45,480 nt of DNA from a virus (taxonomy: Duplodnaviria; Caudoviricetes), in IMG/VR virus record IMGVR_UViG_3300044259_000241, positions 1 through 45,480 of that record; one strand, written 5' to 3'. The notes under the pieces are model-generated. The model had not been told where the DNA came from, did no database searches, and was given only the letters and a program-made list of their open reading frames with translations. Numbering within the stretch: the stretch's first letter is position 1; every line of letters starts with the position of its first letter. Both the position numbers and the translations under genes were made by a program. This document shows, piece after piece, positions 27,505 through 35,835 of the stretch.

Positions 27505-27928
27505 GATCGTGTCCTTTTTCGTGATATTCGGAGTTGGCAGGGATCCGCAATTTGATACCGCGCTCGGCGCACCAGACTTCAATGCGGCGCAGGTAGAAGG
27601 TCATCTCTTCGGTGTTGAGTAGCTTGGTTGACTTCACCATCTTGGTTTCACCAAGAACGGTTACAGGCTTGGCCGGGCAGAACATATCCTTCAGAAACTC
27701 ATGAAGGTCTTCCTCGGTTAACTTGTTTTCGGAGTGGTGGTTGACGGCAGATGCAACGTCGCCATTCCACATCCAGAGAAGGGCATTTTGGGAAAGGCTA
27801 CGCTTGTCCTTCCATGGCTTGATGATGAGGCGATAGCAGTCGCCAGATTCCAGCATTGGCTGTATCTGCTGCCCGATGGCGGAAAAATTGGATTTGTGCA
27901 GACGGATGCCGTCTTTGTTCATGTTCAT
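27497..27928 (-). CDS. ybcN: NinB/YbcN family protein
   Basis: DGIRLHKSNFSAIGQQIQP, KRSLSQNALLWMW. Confidence 0.85.
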   Translation of the reverse strand: MNMNKDGIRLHKSNFSAIGQQIQPMLESGDCYRLIIKPWKDKRSLSQNALLWMWNGDVASAVNHHSENKLTEEDLHEFLKDMFCPAKPVTVLGETKMVKSTKLLNTEEMTFYLRRIEVWCAERGIKLRIPANSEYHEKGHDHV

Positions 27929-27949
27929 ACGGCCTCCTTAACGGAAACC

Positions 27950-27987
27950 GCAGAATGCAGAAAATCGCAGGTGCATTTCTGCATCTG
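27950..27987 (-). promoter_or_regulatory. Stem-loop upstream of ybcN
   Basis: ATGCAGAAA...TTTCTGCAT inverted repeat. Confidence 0.45.
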
Positions 27988-28124
27988 TGACAAGGTGATA
28001 CGTTCAGATTGTGGTCGCATTTAATGTCCCCATCAAATGCGAAGAAGTCACCGCCGGGTGTTCAGTCCGACAGTATGAACAGTATGGCTTAGTGATTTCT
28101 AATAATCAATGCGGGGGAAAAACG

Positions 28125-28144
28125 AAAAAACCACCTTTCGGTGG
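28125..28144 (-). terminator. Intrinsic terminator
   Basis: Minus strand CCACC-GAAA-GGTGG-TTTTTT. Confidence 0.85.
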
Positions 28145-28410
28145 CTTCTCGTTAGGCGACTGGCAGGCCAAGGTAATGCTAATTCCTCCGAGTTGCGGTT
28201 GGTCATCCAGGGAATGGACGTATCCAGCCATCGGACTCCGCAAAACGGAATTATGTCCGGCTCCAAGGCTTTTCGCGAGTTAACCCCTACCCACAACAGT
28301 AGAGGCTAGAGCTGAACAACCCTCCGGGCTGAACTGCAAAGTTCGACTCTGTCGAAGCTTACACCCTATGCTCGCTATCCAATCTTACTTTCTATCCCCT
28401 AACCGGACAC
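28125..28410 (-). ncRNA. Putative structured non-coding RNA
   Basis: No credible ORF; nested long-range helices and several hairpins with G-U pairs on the minus strand; ends at a terminator. Confidence 0.5.
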
Positions 28411-28602
28411 TGAGATGTTGTGCTCTTCAGGAGCATGTGGGGGAATCCAAAAACTGGGTCAAAATAACCTCCATTCTTTTCATCTCCTACGGGGGAAGAA
28501 TCTATTAAACCTTTGTTTGCATGAAGTTTCAACTGCGAAAATTATAGTTTTTAACTTCTTTATGCATTGGTGATCAGCACGAACATTACTGCGTCGAATG
28601 GG

Positions 28603-28851
28603 TTAGGCATGGCGCACCTCGAATGCAGCTTCAGGAACGGTATCTGCAATCCAGCCGGAGCATTTCCTGCATCGAAAAACGGTTACACCATCCTGCGAAT
28701 AAACAAACTGGCCTATCACCTCAGGCTCTACGTTTTCGTCAGGATAGAACGGACGCTTTCTGTCGGTGCGTCCGCATGACTTTGGATCGACGTTCAACTC
28801 GATGCTGATTGGCTCACCGCAGCTGCATTTCCCCTGGATGATTTCCATCAT
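28603..28851 (-). CDS. Small Cys-rich, possibly Zn-binding protein
   Basis: CSCG...CRKC; coupled to the upstream ORF. Confidence 0.7.
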   Translation of the reverse strand: MMEIIQGKCSCGEPISIELNVDPKSCGRTDRKRPFYPDENVEPEVIGQFVYSQDGVTVFRCRKCSGWIADTVPEAAFEVRHA

Positions 28852-29027
28852 TTAACCTCCTGCTGCGGTGCTGCTTCGACTGGTGGCCTTGATTCAACCG
28901 CCTTGCAAACCAAAAATATTCCCAGCAATCCAATAACTATGACCAGTATGTCTTTGTCTTTTTTGTGGGCCCATGCAACACAGCCAACACAAGCGATCGC
29001 TCCGACCCAAAGCAGCGAGGTAATCAT
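28848..29027 (-). CDS. Small membrane protein, 59 aa (MITSLLWVGAIACVGCVAW...), absent from the ORF track
   Basis: Translated by hand; ATGA overlaps at both ends; two hydrophobic segments. Confidence 0.7.
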   Translation of the reverse strand: MITSLLWVGAIACVGCVAWAHKKDKDILVIVIGLLGIFLVCKAVESRPPVEAAPQQEVK

Positions 29028-29686
29028 TTTGCCTCCTGCTTTGGTGCTGCTGGATATGCGCTACCTTCCTGACCTGGCTCATTGCTTCCTGTGCAGGCGT
29101 TACGGTGGTCATTGGCGTGCGGGCAGCGTTTGTTGCCACAAACAGGGCACACCACAAAGCGCATGTCGGAAATTGTCACCGGGCGGCAGGTTCGGCACCA
29201 GCAATCTGGAGTATTTAGAGCGTCACGCTCTGCAAGGATTTTCTCGCCATCGATTGCTATGCCAGAGTTGCGAATGGTTTCCACCGCATCGCGCAGCTTG
29301 TAAGCCTTCGTTACACGTTCGGCACCCTGAAGCATGGCGTCGCGGCACTGATTGAATCCGTGCGCCCATGCCAATGCAATCTCCATATCGTCTTCGGTGA
29401 TTTCATCTGGAACATCTTCCCAGCTAACTTCATCAGGCACAGATGCCGGCGCTGGCGGGGCGGTGTCACAGCCGACATAAAGCTCATGAAGATTTTCAGC
29501 CAATACCTTCTCAAATTCGCCGCCCAGCGATACTTGAGACGAGACAAAGTTGCTTAATTTATCCTCCGCTTCGAGCGATGCCAGCTTGAAGCGCGCCAGT
29601 GCAGAAGCCTCACCGCATTGAACGTGATCAGTTTCGATAATTTGCTGTAATTGCTCTTTGGTGAATCCCTTGGTAATTGCGCTCAT
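29024..29686 (-). CDS. Mosaic accessory (Eaa-like) protein
   Basis: APPAP linker; Cys-rich C-terminus CWCRTC...CPVCGNKRCPHA. Confidence 0.7.
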   Translation of the reverse strand: MSAITKGFTKEQLQQIIETDHVQCGEASALARFKLASLEAEDKLSNFVSSQVSLGGEFEKVLAENLHELYVGCDTAPPAPASVPDEVSWEDVPDEITEDDMEIALAWAHGFNQCRDAMLQGAERVTKAYKLRDAVETIRNSGIAIDGEKILAERDALNTPDCWCRTCRPVTISDMRFVVCPVCGNKRCPHANDHRNACTGSNEPGQEGSAYPAAPKQEAK

Positions 29687-29913
29687 GGGTTCACCTCGAT
29701 ATCAATTTTTAACTCACACGGAACGGTGACGCTGATGATGTCGTTTTTGTTGAAGTATGAGAGAGGCTCACCCTCTTCCTGTAAGAATATTGTCGTTCTG
29801 TCGCCATGGTAGTTAAGCTTCCTTACCCGGTAATAAACTCCGAATATTTCCATCACCGTGTTTGGTCCGATTTCATCTGCGCGTACCGATTTCAATAGTC
29901 TGACCATGATCAC
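29683..29913 (-). CDS. Hypothetical protein
   Basis: Overlap-coupled at both ends. Confidence 0.65.
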   Translation of the reverse strand: MIMVRLLKSVRADEIGPNTVMEIFGVYYRVRKLNYHGDRTTIFLQEEGEPLSYFNKNDIISVTVPCELKIDIEVNP

Positions 29914-30413
29914 TCTCCTTTACCGGCTGCGGCTGTGCTAAGTTTGGTATTCACATCGCCTTCAAAAATAGGCAGTACACCTACGGCAGCCGCCCAATTT
30001 TTAGCGAGTACTGGGTCTGCGGTTTCATCGGTGTAATCGGCCATCCTCCAGCCGATTAAGCGTTTCTGCCCAGGGTGCTTAGCAATCCGCTTCTCTGCTG
30101 CCTCAGCGCGAGCTTCCTGTTCATGCGCCTCCTTCCATCCAGCGTTGGAGTGCGCCGCTGTTGCTTCAAGATCGAGGATCTCCTTGTCTTTGGCTTCCAG
30201 CTCATCCAGCAGCGCCCGAATTACATCAGCTGCTTTCTGGCACTGGTCAACAATGCTCACGTCACAACCGGTATCGAAACCGCCCTCGGTTTCAAAGCGG
30301 AGCTCTACAGAGTCACCGTCGATATCTGAAGGTTCGAATCCGGCAATGTTTTCCAGAATGCCGATTGTGCTTTCTGCGCTATCACGTAATGCGCGTTTGT
30401 CGATACTGATCAT
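29910..30413 (-). CDS. Ead/Ea22-like protein
   Basis: IDKRALR...ALLDELEAKDK coiled-coil pattern. Confidence 0.7.
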   Translation of the reverse strand: MISIDKRALRDSAESTIGILENIAGFEPSDIDGDSVELRFETEGGFDTGCDVSIVDQCQKAADVIRALLDELEAKDKEILDLEATAAHSNAGWKEAHEQEARAEAAEKRIAKHPGQKRLIGWRMADYTDETADPVLAKNWAAAVGVLPIFEGDVNTKLSTAAAGKGE

Positions 30414-30706
30414 TGGGCGGCTCCTTGGTATTCGGTGATTATTTCAAGGCCTATTTTCCGGGCCAGCGCATGTTCAGCAACTGCACCCTCTGAGCTCTCC
30501 CAGCCTTTAAGCATGAAAATAGCGTCTGCACAGCGAATCATTGCGCAGCAGATATCCATGTATTCGCGTTGCTCCAGACCGTCAGGTAACACGGCAGGGT
30601 TGAGAACAACATTCCCATCCAGACTTAACTTCAGCGCAAATGCCTTAAATGCAGGTCGGTTAAAATCTTTGCAGCCAGTCATTGGCCCTGCGATGTAAAT
30701 TTTCAT
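30410..30706 (-). CDS. DUF4406 family protein
   Basis: KIYIAGPMTG, VLNPA, LKGWESSEGAVAEHALA. Confidence 0.85.
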   Translation of the reverse strand: MKIYIAGPMTGCKDFNRPAFKAFALKLSLDGNVVLNPAVLPDGLEQREYMDICCAMIRCADAIFMLKGWESSEGAVAEHALARKIGLEIITEYQGAAQ

Positions 30707-31278
30707 ACCCCTACTCTCCCCCAAACCATCAAAACTCGCTTCATAGCCGGACTGTTACGGCACTCCTGGCAGATCACGTTTACCGACTCAGAGCGGCGTC
30801 CGGTTTTCTTTTTCGGATTCGCGAGCGAATAAACGCGATGACCTTTTTGTCCTTCAAACTTCAGCTCGCCAGCGTTAACCATCACCGAAATAACGCTGGA
30901 TATGCTCCTATAGGTGGCACCCATGGCCTCTGCGATTTGGGAGGCCCCCAACTTACTGCCATCACTCAAGACGGACATGATGCGCGCCGGGTAGCTATTC
31001 TCGCTTTGTCTGCGAGCCTCTACGCTGCGGTAGCCGCCTTTGATAGCCCGGTCCTTCAGGTAATTTGCGCCAGCACCCTGAATCCATTCCTGATAAGACG
31101 CTTTACTGGTGAAGTAGCCGAAGCCCGCCATGCTGAAAATCATCTCCAGACCACGCAGTGCTGCGATTTCCCGATCCAACCCCTTACCACTAATGCCAAT
31201 CACCACGATAAGGTCAGCGCGCTTAACAGGCTGGTTAGCGGCCACGTAATCAACGATGCGTTGCTTTAAGCTGTCCAT
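30703..31278 (-). CDS. Putative winged-helix DNA-binding protein
   Basis: Start MDSLKQ; two wHTH-like segments; C-terminal ICQECRNSPAMKRVL. Confidence 0.65.
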   Translation of the reverse strand: MDSLKQRIVDYVAANQPVKRADLIVVIGISGKGLDREIAALRGLEMIFSMAGFGYFTSKASYQEWIQGAGANYLKDRAIKGGYRSVEARRQSENSYPARIMSVLSDGSKLGASQIAEAMGATYRSISSVISVMVNAGELKFEGQKGHRVYSLANPKKKTGRRSESVNVICQECRNSPAMKRVLMVWGRVGV

Positions 31279-31279
31279 C

Positions 31280-31969
31280 TCACACCATCCCGTTCGACTT
31301 ATTGCGGTTGTACTTCGCCAGTAGCAGCTGGATCGGCGTAGGACCGTGCTCGGCAGCCGGTGCTGCAATTGCGCGACGCACAGGTGGCACTGGCTTACCC
31401 TCGGTGACGCGCTTCTCCCACATGTCCAGCAGATCGCCCGCCTCGCGGGTCAACTCACCATGAGTCAACTGGCGCTCTGTGCTGCGGTGACGCAGTTCGA
31501 CGCAGATGTGGTACATGACCGGCTGCGACCAGGGGAATTGCTCGCTGGAGGTGAACTCAAACGATCTGTTACGCCAGTCCCAGTATTCGGCGATCACCTG
31601 GTCAACGGTAATTCCCAGCGCCCCACCGCTCTGTTTGCACCAGGCGACGAACTGGCCCGGCGACGGCAGGAATGGGCGCTCCTGGCGGCGGGCAATGCGC
31701 ATACCGGCATCTACTTGCGCCATTGAGTGGATCCCGTTCTCCTGAAACGCCAGCAGCCACTGACGGCGGAATTCGTTCAGGTCTTCCTGGGTACGGAAGT
31801 TCGCCATGCTTGCCGGGAACGCGGCGCGCAGTTGGTTGAACAAAACGTTGAATACCTGCGCTACCTGCTCAACCGGTGCGCGTTCCTGGTACTGTTCTGG
31901 CAGGTTATGGGCCATGCGGCTCATCTGCTCGCGGTCGTGGTTACGCATTTGCTCTGCAAGAGATTTCAT
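31280..31969 (-). CDS. P: Replication protein P (helicase loader)
   Basis: FNQLRAAFPA, EFRRQWLLAF, RPFLPSPGQFVAWC as in lambda P. Confidence 0.9.
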   Translation of the reverse strand: MKSLAEQMRNHDREQMSRMAHNLPEQYQERAPVEQVAQVFNVLFNQLRAAFPASMANFRTQEDLNEFRRQWLLAFQENGIHSMAQVDAGMRIARRQERPFLPSPGQFVAWCKQSGGALGITVDQVIAEYWDWRNRSFEFTSSEQFPWSQPVMYHICVELRHRSTERQLTHGELTREAGDLLDMWEKRVTEGKPVPPVRRAIAAPAAEHGPTPIQLLLAKYNRNKSNGMV

Positions 31970-32958
31970 CGCATCACCCCATACGCCCAGTCAGTGTTGT
32001 TGAAGTCCAGATCCTGCTTACCGGTGCGCTGCTCGCTACCAGCATTGCGTTGCATCGTCAGCGTGTCCCACTGCTTACGGAGGCTCTCAGGGCTCAGGAC
32101 GTTTGTATGCCAGAAGTGGTGCTTGCTGGCCCAGTCGTAAAGCGCGCAGATGTCCTGGTGCGACCGGTTGTCTATCTGGCGCATCAGGCGAACGGTGTTA
32201 GACCATGAGGTCATGTCATGGGCTTTGCAGGTTGGGTTGATCACCTTCACCCTGGAAGAAATCCATTGAGCAATTTTGAGGTCTTCAGCAGATCCCCACT
32301 TCGCACCGGATGGTGTGTAAACCACAGCATCAGGATGAGCTGATAAGAATTTTTTCAGACGTGCGTCAGAGGATTCGTCAGAATTCTCGGACGAATAGTT
32401 ATTTATATTCTTGTTATTACCTTCTTGTTCATGATGTGCGGGGAATTGTGCGGCTTTATGTGCGGCATACTCATCCGAACCCGCGCTATTGCTGGCTTCG
32501 TCATGTGCGCTCATATGTGCGGCTTTATGTGCGGGTAAATCGTCCATTTTTTGAGCATATTCGACATAGTTTGTGATGGTGATCACCCTGCCTTTTCGCT
32601 TCTCACCTTCGATGGTGATCATCCCTTCCCGAACAAAAACAGACAGCATTCTCTCGACAGCATCGCGGCTGGTTGGGTTGCCCTGGCGGTCACACAATTG
32701 AAGCCCAAGATCCGCAGCAGTGACGACCAGTTGACCGGGTTGCAGAGGCCATTGTTTGCCCTTGAAGAATGCCGTGTATGGCTGTCTGGCCGCGTCAATT
32801 AGCAGGTTTTCCCACAGTGCGCGCAGGAACACATCTTTAGCCCAGGACTTCTTCTTGATGCTCCGGTACAACGGGACGTAACCAGACTTCTGGTTCTCCA
32901 TCCTGTTGCTCCTTGCGGCTGAGTGCGCCGCGAAATTAGCGTAAGCGACGTTCGACAC
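31966..32958 (-). CDS. O: Replication initiator, O-like
   Basis: C-terminal FWHTNVLSPESLRKQWD like lambda O; internal iterons. Confidence 0.88.
   Translation of the reverse strand: MSNVAYANFAAHSAARSNRMENQKSGYVPLYRSIKKKSWAKDVFLRALWENLLIDAARQPYTAFFKGKQWPLQPGQLVVTAADLGLQLCDRQGNPTSRDAVERMLSVFVREGMITIEGEKRKGRVITITNYVEYAQKMDDLPAHKAAHMSAHDEASNSAGSDEYAAHKAAQFPAHHEQEGNNKNINNYSSENSDESSDARLKKFLSAHPDAVVYTPSGAKWGSAEDLKIAQWISSRVKVINPTCKAHDMTSWSNTVRLMRQIDNRSHQDICALYDWASKHHFWHTNVLSPESLRKQWDTLTMQRNAGSEQRTGKQDLDFNNTDWAYGVMR
32375..32535. repeat. Replication origin: iterons and AT-rich tract
   Basis: TGTGCG cores at 32435/32447/32459 and 32504/32516/32528 (12-bp period); AT-rich tract ~32395-32420. Confidence 0.8.
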
Positions 32959-33037
32959 AGTTAAACCTCCTGCGCCTGGCGTTTTGGATTAGCGTTTGTC
33001 ATAATGACCTCGCAATTGACTGACGTTTGTTGTACCA

Positions 33038-33070
33038 GAAAGTCGGTTCTGTTCGCGCAGACCGGCTTTC
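33038..33070. promoter_or_regulatory. Hairpin in the cII-O interval (oop position)
   Basis: GAAAGTCGGT...ACCGGCTTTC inverted repeat. Confidence 0.4.
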
Positions 33071-33086
33071 GCCATTTCTGTAGTTC

Positions 33087-33629
33087 TCACATAACCCCCA
33101 GCATCGAAGTGACCATCGTCATCAGCGGCCCTACCTGCTCCGGCATGAGGCGGAACAGCGACGCAATACCCTCGCTTACCTCTTTCAGCTTCTGATGCTC
33201 TGGAGCGTCCAGCAGCACGGCCTGTTTAGCTTCGGCGCACTCCTTCATCGCAGAAGCGATCAGAGACATAGTGTCGTTCTGTGGCGCCAGGCGCGTGCGG
33301 TATTCAAGCGGCAGGACGGACATGATTGCCGGCGTCAGCTGGCGCACGTTCTCGCGGTACTGCTCAGAGTCGAAACGGTTATCCAGGAAGCGAAAAAGCT
33401 TCTGGCGCGCCCGACTGATGTCGCTCGGGAAGCTAATGGCCTTACCGCCCTGTTCCCGGTACTCGTTGATGATCAGCGCCGAGACAACATCCTGGTTATC
33501 CAGAGACGACGACCAGGCGCGGACGGCATCGCGGATCTTTTCGTGGTCTGGCGCCGCCTTAAATTGAGCGCGGTTTATCACCGCTCCGGGGTGTATTCCG
33601 GTATTGTGTTGATACGCAAGTGAATGCAT
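33087..33629 (-). CDS. CII-like / YdaT-family regulator
   Basis: Lies between cro and O; IRDAVRAW, RQKLFRFLD, KEVSEGIASL. Confidence 0.8.
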   Translation of the reverse strand: MHSLAYQHNTGIHPGAVINRAQFKAAPDHEKIRDAVRAWSSSLDNQDVVSALIINEYREQGGKAISFPSDISRARQKLFRFLDNRFDSEQYRENVRQLTPAIMSVLPLEYRTRLAPQNDTMSLIASAMKECAEAKQAVLLDAPEHQKLKEVSEGIASLFRLMPEQVGPLMTMVTSMLGVM

Positions 33630-33658
33630 TGCTTTCCCTTTCGTGGTTAGGGCCGCCG

Positions 33659-33892
33659 TTAAGCGGCGTTGTTGTCGGCCGGTGACGGGAACAGCGTCGG
33701 CAAGTCGGGGCGAATCTGGTAAGCCTGAATCTCGCCACCTGTTGCTTTAACGATGCTGTTCACATGCTCCGGAGAAACCTTTGCTTTGTTGTGTAGCCAC
33801 TTGTAAACCGCCTGCTGCGACACTGCGCACGCTTCACCAAGGGCTTTTTGAGAGCCGACGATGGTAATAGCGGTTTTAATGGTTGGGTTCAT
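33659..33892 (-). CDS. cro: Cro-like repressor (YdaS family)
   Basis: GSQKALGEACAVSQQAVYKW HTH; IRPDL; divergent from cI. Confidence 0.9.
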   Translation of the reverse strand: MNPTIKTAITIVGSQKALGEACAVSQQAVYKWLHNKAKVSPEHVNSIVKATGGEIQAYQIRPDLPTLFPSPADNNAA

Positions 33893-33919
33893 AACAACCT
33901 CCGTAGTGAATATGAATGA

Positions 33920-33990
33920 AGAATAAAACTATGGTTGTATTTAGTCAACAACCATTTTCGTTTGATGGAATAAAACCATGGTTGTACATT
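33920..33990. promoter_or_regulatory. oR region with pR, pRM and three 14-bp operators
   Basis: AAAACTATGGTTGT (33925), ACAACCATTTTCGT (33948), AAAACCATGGTTGT (33972); pR TTGACT-17-TATTCT on minus; pRM TTGATG-17-TACATT on plus. Confidence 0.85.
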
Positions 33991-33996
33991 GCGCGT

Positions 33997-34701
33997 ATGA
34001 AAACGACACTCGCTGAAAGACTGAAGGAAGCCAGGACATTACGAGGACTTACACAAAAGGCTCTCGGAGATCTGGTCGGGGTGAGCCAAGCGGCCATCCA
34101 AAAAATAGAAACAGGAAAAGCCAACCAGACAACGAAGCTGGTTGAGCTGGCTAATGCGTTAAAGGTAAAGCCTGAATGGTTGAGTTCCGGGGAAGGCGCT
34201 ATGCTTCTCACTGGGCAGGATGAAGCCATCCCACCGTCTGATCAGTGGGGTACCGTTGAGCCTTGGGATAATTCAACCCCATTACCTGACGACGAGGTAG
34301 AAGTGCCATTTCTAAAGGATATTGAGCTGGCCTGCGGCGATGGGACATTCCCACGCGAAGACTATAACGGCTACAAACTACGCTTTTCTAAAGCGACATT
34401 GCGTCGTGTTAATGCACACAGAGAAAGCGTCCTGTGCTTCCCTGCCCACGGGAACAGCATGGAGCCAGTCATCCCTGAAGGGACCACGGTAGCTATTAAC
34501 ATCAACGACAAAAAGATCGTGGACGGTAAGGTCTATGCCATTAGTCAGGATGGATGGAACCGCTTAAAAATTCTTTATCGAGTTGGCCCGAACAGGCTGA
34601 GCATTCGTAGCTTCAATCACATCGAGCATCCAGACGAAGAGGCGGATCTTGATAGCGTTCAGGTCATCGGAAGAATGTTTTGGACATCAACAATCTGGTA
34701 G
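33997..34701 (+). CDS. cI: CI repressor (HTH plus S24 peptidase)
   Basis: LTQKALGDLVGVSQAAIQKIETG HTH; ACG cleavage-site region; GNSMEP catalytic Ser; RLK. Confidence 0.95.
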   Translation: MKTTLAERLKEARTLRGLTQKALGDLVGVSQAAIQKIETGKANQTTKLVELANALKVKPEWLSSGEGAMLLTGQDEAIPPSDQWGTVEPWDNSTPLPDDEVEVPFLKDIELACGDGTFPREDYNGYKLRFSKATLRRVNAHRESVLCFPAHGNSMEPVIPEGTTVAININDKKIVDGKVYAISQDGWNRLKILYRVGPNRLSIRSFNHIEHPDEEADLDSVQVIGRMFWTSTIW

Positions 34702-34711
34702 GGAACCACTT

Positions 34712-35008
34712 ATGAAGAAATTATTATGGGCAATGTTACTTCTGGCCCCTCTGGCAGCCAGTGCTGAAGGGTCAGCTCTTGATCAGTTAAAGCAATCGCC
34801 TTCTGCAATCTGTAAAGACCACGCGCAGCCAGATCAGTGCAAAGTAGCAGTCCAAGCTACGATGTTGGCGGTTTACAATATCACTTCACTTGATGCCGGT
34901 TGCGAGAGCAGCTCTGACGAAGTTAAAGCAAAAATGAACAATGAGCTGAAAGCGCAGTGTGCAGCAGCCAAGGAAATATCCGACTACCTGAAAAGTCAGA
35001 ATCGATAA
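34712..35008 (+). CDS. Exported protein downstream of cI
   Basis: Signal peptide MKKLLWAMLLLAPLAASA; four Cys residues. Confidence 0.8.
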   Translation: MKKLLWAMLLLAPLAASAEGSALDQLKQSPSAICKDHAQPDQCKVAVQATMLAVYNITSLDAGCESSSDEVKAKMNNELKAQCAAAKEISDYLKSQNR

Positions 35009-35023
35009 ATACCGCTCCACCAT

Positions 35024-35050
35024 AAAAACCTCGCTCCGGCGGGGTTTTTT
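35024..35050 (+). terminator. Immunity-operon terminator
   Basis: AAAAACCTCGC-TCCG-GCGGGGTTTTTT. Confidence 0.85.
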
Positions 35051-35099
35051 ATTGTCCAAACCCGGCCACCAAACATTTCTTAAAAATAAATTCCTTTCA

Positions 35100-35175
35100 A
35101 ATACAACCAAATAAAACCAATACAACCATTAATACAACTATTGTTGTTGACGATAAAACAACTATGGTTTTTAAT
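35100..35175 (+). promoter_or_regulatory. oL/pL
   Basis: Operators ACAACTATTGTTGT (35134) and ACAACTATGGTTTT (35158); TTGACG(35147)-17-TTTAAT(35170). Confidence 0.85.
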
Positions 35176-35239
35176 AAGTCCATCGAAACGAAACATCGAC
35201 AGCTGAGCGAAGTTAGCCAGCGGCGGACAGCAAGTCGCC

Positions 35240-35253
35240 TGCTTCTTTAACAA
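35240..35253 (+). promoter_or_regulatory. boxA-like antitermination element
   Basis: TGCTTCTTTAACAA versus boxA TGCTCTTTAACA, preceded by two hairpins. Confidence 0.6.
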
Positions 35254-35727
35254 ATCAGACTGAGTGACAGGCAAGCCGTAGCGCTCCTGGCAAATAGAAA
35301 TAGCACCCGATTGGATCGAGGTAGTCACTGATTCCGTATGCGTACGGTAGGTGTAGAGGGCCACGCCGCGATGAGCTGATAAGTCACTCAATTTGAGACG
35401 CCTCGATGATGAGGCGCTGAATCAACTTAGAGGAATGATTCCAATGAAGCACTAAAGCGGATAGACCGCGGCAAGTTGTACCAACTGTTCCTGGCTAGCC
35501 GCTGCCACCCTTTTCGACGCGGCGTACGGAATCGGGGGATTTATGTAACAGGTAACGGTGAATGCCGAAAACTCAAGCCATGCCCTTCTTTCCGAAGGGC
35601 TGGAGAGCATCAGCCCTGAGTGCCGTAGCAATTCATTGGGCTTAAAAGTAAAGGCGGCAGATTCGCCGGGCATCACCCGGCAACTACTGGTGAGTGATGT
35701 GCACTGCCAGTGCAGGGAATGATTTGG

Positions 35728-35835
35728 GGTGTGGTGAGTGGTTCTGTATGCGGGTTCAATTCCCGACGGCGAGAGCTGGCCCGAGGTGGGCATAGTCTTA
35801 GCGATGAAGGTTCGACTCCTTCCGCCACACCACCA
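35728..35835 (+). ncRNA. tRNA-like RNA (not a canonical tRNA)
   Basis: GGTGTGGTG/CGCCACACC stem followed by ACCA; T-arm GAAGG-TTCGACT-CCTTC; second T-loop hairpin CGGG-TTCAATT-CCCG. Confidence 0.55.

Noticed and set aside
28011-28309. Short ORFs on both strands (65-90 aa)
   Set aside because: Weak starts, no RBS, and they run through the terminator; base-pairing explains the region better
28340-28370. tmRNA-like 5' motif (GGGTGTAAGCTTCGAC on minus)
   Set aside because: No matching T-arm or CCA 3' end; group I intron and RNase P core motifs are also not convincingly present
35728-35835. Canonical tRNA or tRNA-Sec call
   Set aside because: 9/5 stem geometry, no D-arm and no identifiable anticodon arm; kept only as tRNA-like
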